Below, piece by piece: positions 53,937-59,091 of a stretch of 59,091 nucleotides of DNA. The notes below the pieces were generated by a model, which saw only the letters and a program-made list of their open reading frames with translations, was not told where the DNA came from and did no database searches. The stretch is from Cenococcum geophilum (lineage: Eukaryota). Location: the NCBI GenBank assembly GCA_050273025.1, contig CP158635.1, positions 33,604,001 to 33,663,091 on the forward strand, in the 5' to 3' direction. Within the stretch, counting starts at the first letter, position 1; every line of letters begins with the position of its first letter. The translations under genes were made by a program, and so were the position numbers.

Positions 53937-55469
53937 GTAGTAGTAAAAGTAGTAAAAGTAGTATATAATAGGGTAAGAGTAGGTAAGAGGATAAAGAGTA
54001 GATAAAAGAAGAGGTTAGGTTAGTGAAAAGATAGATATAAGGGTTAGATAGGGTTTAAATATATAGAAGAGTAGTATTAGATAGATATTTAGATAAATAA
54101 GAAGGTTAAGTTAGTTGTAAGAATAGGGAGGAGTTATATAATATTTATAGAAGGATAAAGGATTTAGTTTTAGAGGAGGAGGTAATAGAAAGAGAAGTTT
54201 TAGAGGAGGTAGTAGATAGGGGGTTTTAGGGGAGGAAGTAGAGAGAGGTTTTAAAGGAGGTAGTAGATAGAGGGATTATAGAGGTAGGGGTAGATATTAG
54301 GAGGGAAATAGAGGTGGAAAGGGTTAGCGTTTAGTATAAGTTTTATTATTAGTAGTAGGAGAGAAGAGTATAGTGGGAGGAATTTATTAGAAGTAGATAG
54401 GGGGAGATTTTAGAAATAGAGTGGTTAAGAGGGTAGTTATAAAGGTAGGTAGGTTAGTATATAATAAGTAAAAGGGTAGGAGTTAAGATAAAAAATTATA
54501 ATTAAAGGTAATATATAAAAGTTAATAGTAGATAATTAGGTTAATAAGGTGATTAAATAGTTAGAGTTATATAAAGATAGTTTATAATATAGATTAAAGG
54601 TAAATAGTTAATATTAGAATTATAAAGAGTTATTTAATATAAAGAAGTATTAGTATAAGATATAGTAGTAGTTAATATTAGTTTAGTAGAGAGGATTAAG
54701 TAGAATAAAAGAGGTAAGAATTAAGTAGTTTTTTATTAAGTATTATAGATAGTATTTTAAGATATAATAGGTAAAGAAAAGGGTAATATATAAGAGGTAA
54801 ATAGTAATAGTAAATAGGTTAGTATTATAGGAGTAGTTATAAGTAGGAGTAGTAATTTTAGTAGATTTAGTAATTTTAATAGTAGTAATAGTATAAGTAA
54901 TAGGAGTAGTAGAGATAATAGAGGTAATAGTAATAAAAATAGTAATATAAAAATAAAAATAAGAATAAAAGAAATAGAAGTAAAAGTAAAGGTAATAAAT
55001 ATAGTAAATTAAGTAGAAGTAGTAAAAGTAATAAAAGTAGTAAAAGTAGTAAAAGTAGTAAAGGTAATAGATATAATATAAATAGAAGTAATAAAGGTAG
55101 TAGAAATAATAGAAATAATAGAAATAATAGTTATAATAGTTATAATAAAAGTAGTAGTAAAAGTAATAGAAATAATAGAAGTAATAAAAAATTAAATAGT
55201 AGTAGAGGTAAAAGTAGAAGTAATAGATTAAATAGAAGTAGTAATAGTAAGAGAAGTAATAATAAAATAAATAGTAGAGGTAATAGATTAGATAGTAGAA
55301 GTAATAGATTAGGTAGTAAAAGTAATAAATTAGTAGTAAAAGTAAGAAAAAAGGTAGTAAAAGTAATAGATTAGATAAATTAAGTAATAATTTTAATAGT
55401 AATAGTAATAATAATAATAATAGATTAGGTAGATTAAGTAAATTATTAAAGAATAATAAATAAAAAAAT

Positions 55470-55665
55470 AGATTATTAAAAGGTAGATTATTAAGAAATA
55501 GATTATTAAGAAATAGATTATTAAGAAATAGATTATTAAAAAATAGATTATTAAAAAATAGATTATTAAGAAATAGTAGATTAAGAAATAGATTATTAAA
55601 AAAATAAATTATTAAAAAATAAATTATTAAAGAATAGATTATTAAGAAATAGATTATTAAGAAGT
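55470..55665. repeat. 15-bp minisatellite, about 13 copies (agattattaagaaat)
   Basis: Direct reading. Confidence 0.9.
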
Positions 55666-57876
55666 AGTAATAATAGAAATAGAAATAATAATAGAAAATT
55701 TAGGTAGTAGTTTTAGAAATTTAATATAAATTTAAGTAGTAGTAAAAATAAAGATAGAAAATTTAGTAAAAAGAGTAGTTTTAGATTATTTATAATATTA
55801 GAAGATATTAAAACATTAATATAATAGAAGTAATAATAGTAGTAGAAATAATAGATTAAGTAAAAGTAATAGTAGAGATAATAAGAGTAAAAAGAATAGT
55901 AGTAGAAGTAATAGTAAAAATAAGAAAAATAAAAGTAATAATAAAAGTAGTAAAGGTAATAGTAGTAATAAAAGTAGTAAAAGTAGTAAAATTAATAATA
56001 ATAAAAGTAATAGGAGTATTAAAGATAATAAAATAGAAATAATAGTAAAAATAATAAAGATAGTAAAGGTAATAGAAGTAATAGAAGTAGTAGTATATAT
56101 AAAAGTAGTAATAAAAGTAGTAATAAAAGTAGTAAAAGTAAGAATTAAAATAGTAGAAGTAATATATATAGTAAAAGTAGTAGTAAGGGTAGTAATAAAA
56201 AAAAATAGATTAAGTAATAAGAAAGGTAGGAATAGAAAAGAGAAAATAATAAAAGTAGTAATAGTAGATTAAATAATAGGGGTAATATATTAAATAATAG
56301 GGGTAGTAAAGATAGTAATAGTAAAAGTAGAAGTAGTAATAGTAATAAAAGTAGTAAAAGTAATATATTAATAATAGTAATAAAAGGTAGTTAAATAATT
56401 AGGTAATTATAAAAAAGAAAAAAAAGTAGTTTAAATAAAGAAATAGTTTTTTTTAATAAAAAAAGGAATAGTTTAAGTTTTTTTTTAGTAAAATAGGTAG
56501 TAGTTTAGGTTTTAAAGTAGTAAAAAAAAAGGTTATAGTTTTTTAGTAGTAGAGGTAGTAAAGGAAGTAGTAAAAGAGTAGTTTTTTTTAGTAGTTTAGG
56601 TATTTTATTAAATTTTTAAATAGTTTAGTAGTAGTTTTAAGAGAATTTTTTTAATAAAGAAGTAGGTTTTTAGGGGTTTAGTAGTAGTTTAAGTAGTTTT
56701 TTTTAGTAGTTTTTATAGTTTTTATATAGAAAGAGTAGGTTAGTAGTAGTTTAATTTTTTTATTTTTAGTTTTAAAAAGTAAAGGAATAGTTTTTTTTAG
56801 TAATTTAGTAGTAGTTTTAAGTAATAGTTTAAGTAAAGAGGTAGTTTTAAATATAAAAGTAGTAGAAAAAGTAGGTTTTTTAGTAAAAGAAAGTATTAAA
56901 AGGGTAGTAAAAAAGTAGTAATTTAAATTTTAAGTAAGTTTTTAGTAAAAAAAGGGAATAGTTTAGTTAAAGAAATAGTTTTTTTATAAATAATTTAGTA
57001 ATAGAAAAAGTAATAAAAAAGGGAGTAGAAAAGGTAGTTTAGTAGTAATTTAAGTAAAAAAAGAAGATTTTTAAATAAAGGGGTAATTAAATAGTTTTTT
57101 AGGTAAGGGGGTAATAAAAAAGTAGTTTTAAAGGTAAAGGAGTAGTTTTAAAGATAGGGGGGTAGTTTTAAAAATAGAGAAGTAGTTTTAAAGGTAGGGA
57201 GGTAGTTTTTTTTTAAGTAGAAAAGAATTAAAAAAGGAAGTTTTAGAAGTTTAGAAGTTTAGTAATAATTTAAGTTTTTAAATAGTTTTTTAGTAAAGAG
57301 GTAGTTTTAGAAGTAGTAATTTAGTAGTTTTTTAAGTAAGGGATTAAGTAAAAAAAAGTAGGTTTTTTAGTAGTAGTTTAAGTTTTATTAGTTTTTTTTA
57401 ATAAAGTAGTAGTTTTTTAAGTAAAGAGGTAAGTAAAAAAGGTAAAAAGTATAAAAAAGGAATTTTTTAGGTAGAGAAGTAGTTTTTTTTAGTAGTAGTT
57501 TAAGTAGTTAAGTAGTTTTAAGTAGTTTTTTTTAGTAAAAAATAGGTTAGTAGTAGTTTAAGTAGTAAAAAAGGTAGTAGTTTTAGTAAAGTAGATAGTA
57601 GTTTAAGTTTTTAAAAGGTTTAAAAAGTTTTTAGGTAGTTTTTAAAGGGTTAAAAGAAGTTTTTTAAGAGTTTTAAGGGTTTTTTAGTTTTAGTAGTAGT
57701 ATTAGTAAGGGAGTAGTAGTTTAGGTAATAGTTTAAGTTTTTTTAGTAATAAAAAAGTAGTAAAGAAGTAGTAAAGGTAGTTTTTAATAAAAAAAGAAAG
57801 TTTTTTTTATTAAAAGTAAAAAGTAAAAAGTAGTAGTTTAAATAGTAAAGAAGTAGTAAAGAAAGTAAAGAAGTAG

Positions 57877-58182
57877 TAAAGAAAGTAAAAAAAGGTAAAG
57901 AAAGTAAAAAAAGGTAAAGAAAGTAAAAAAAGGTAAAGAAAGTAAAAAAAGGTAAAGAAAGTAAAAAAAGGTAAAGAAAGTAAAAAAAGGTAAAGAAAGT
58001 AAAAAAAGGTAAAGAAAGTAAAAAAAGGTAAAGAAAGTAAAAAAAGGTAAAGAAAGTAAAAAAAGGTAAAGAAAGTAAAAAAAGGTAAAGAAAGTAAAAA
58101 AAGGTAAAGAAAGTAAAAAAAGGTAAAGAAAGTAAAAAAAGGTAAAGAAAGTAAAAAAAGATAAAGAAAGTAAAAAAAAGGT
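57877..58182. repeat. 19-bp near-perfect minisatellite, about 16 copies (aaagaaagtaaaaaaaggt)
   Basis: Direct reading; period 19. Confidence 0.92.
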
Positions 58183-58858
58183 AGTTTTAAAGGTTATAGG
58201 GGGAGGTATTTTAGGAGTAGTTTTAAAAGTAAAGTAGTAGGGGTTTAAGTTAAGTAGTAGTTTTTTTTTTAAAAAGTAAAAAGTAGGAAAGTAGTTTTAG
58301 AGGTAGTTTTTTTAGTAGGGGGGTAGTTTAGGTAGTTTAGTAGTAGTTTAGGTAAGAAGGTAGTTTTAGAAGTAAAGGGGTAGTAGTTTAGGTAAAAAAG
58401 GAAGAAAAAAGTAAGGAAGTAGGTTTAAAAGTAAAAAAGTAGTTTTTTAGTAGAAAAGTAGTTTTTTTTAGTAAAGAAGTAGTTTTTTTTTAGTAAAAAA
58501 GTAGTTTTTTTAGTAGAAAAGTAGTTTTAAGAGTAAAAAGAGAGTAAAAAAGGTAAAGAGGTAGTTTTTTAAGTAGGGAAGTAGTAGTTAAGTAGTAGTT
58601 TAGGTAGTAGTTTAAGTAAGAGAAGTAGTAGTTAAGTAGTTTTTTAGTAGTTTTTTAGGTAGTAGTTTAGTAGTAGTTTAGTAGTAGTTTAGTAGTAGTT
58701 TTTTAAGTAGTTTTTTTTAGGTAAAAAGAGTAAAAAAAGTAGGGGGTTTTTTTTTTTAAAGTTTAGGGGTAGTTTTAGTAGTTTTAAAGTAGTTTTAGTA
58801 GTTTTTTTGGGTTAGGGGGTTAAAAAGGGAAGGAATTTTTGGGGGTTGGGATATGAAG

Positions 58859-59091
58859 GGGTTAGGGTTAGGGTTAGGGTTAGGGTTAGGGTTAGGGTTA
58901 GGGTTAGGGTTAGGGTTAGGGTTAGGGTTAGGGTTAGGGTTAGGGTTAGGGTTAGGGTTAGGGTTAGGGTTAGGGTTAGGGTTAGGGTTAGGGTTAGGGT
59001 TAGGGTTAGGGTTAGGGTTAGGGTTGTGGTTAGGGTGGTTAGGGTTAGGGTTAGGGTTAGGGTTAGGTTAGGGTTAGGGTAGGGTTAGGGT
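58859..59091 (+). repeat. Telomere, (TTAGGG)n, right chromosome end
   Basis: Long run of TTAGGG to the end of the window, G-rich strand 5'->3' outward; a few variant units after ~59024. Confidence 0.98.

Larger units (their letters stand above)
53919..58858. other. Cytosine-free low-complexity subterminal domain
   Basis: By eye only two C on the + strand (54328, 55814) in about 4.9 kb, while G remains common. Confidence 0.9.

Noticed and set aside
58846..59082. ORFs with VR and GL dipeptide repeats
   Set aside because: Translations of the telomere repeat.
59021..59091. Variant telomere units
   Set aside because: At the contig tip, where consensus errors are likely.

Overview
AT-rich, heavily RIP-mutated (TpA-rich, CpA/TpG-poor) subtelomere of a filamentous ascomycete, ending in a (TTAGGG)n telomere at about 58859-59091. 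I see no intact gene; everything below was read by mentally reversing C>T/G>A changes. Contents: three divergent full-length telomere-linked RecQ helicase (TLH-type) relics pointing toward the telomere (1728-6173, ~42016-46946, ~48330-53591) plus a partial fourth; a SNF2-family helicase relic with one intron; a complete chromodomain Ty3/Gypsy element with a complete PIF/Harbinger element nested inside; a Harbinger fragment carrying a solo LTR; a 10 kb mosaic of segmental repeats; several minisatellites. Most interesting: (1) each TLH relic carries, upstream of its helicase domain, a motif series matching the tyrosine-recombinase catalytic set (R..K..RH..GH-x8-Y); (2) arrays of a 24-bp palindrome lie directly downstream of two of these genes; (3) a second quasi-palindrome recurs about every kb in the left 36 kb, even inside coding sequence; (4) the last 5 kb has almost no cytosine on the G-rich strand. 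Coordinates were counted by eye and may be off by a few bases.
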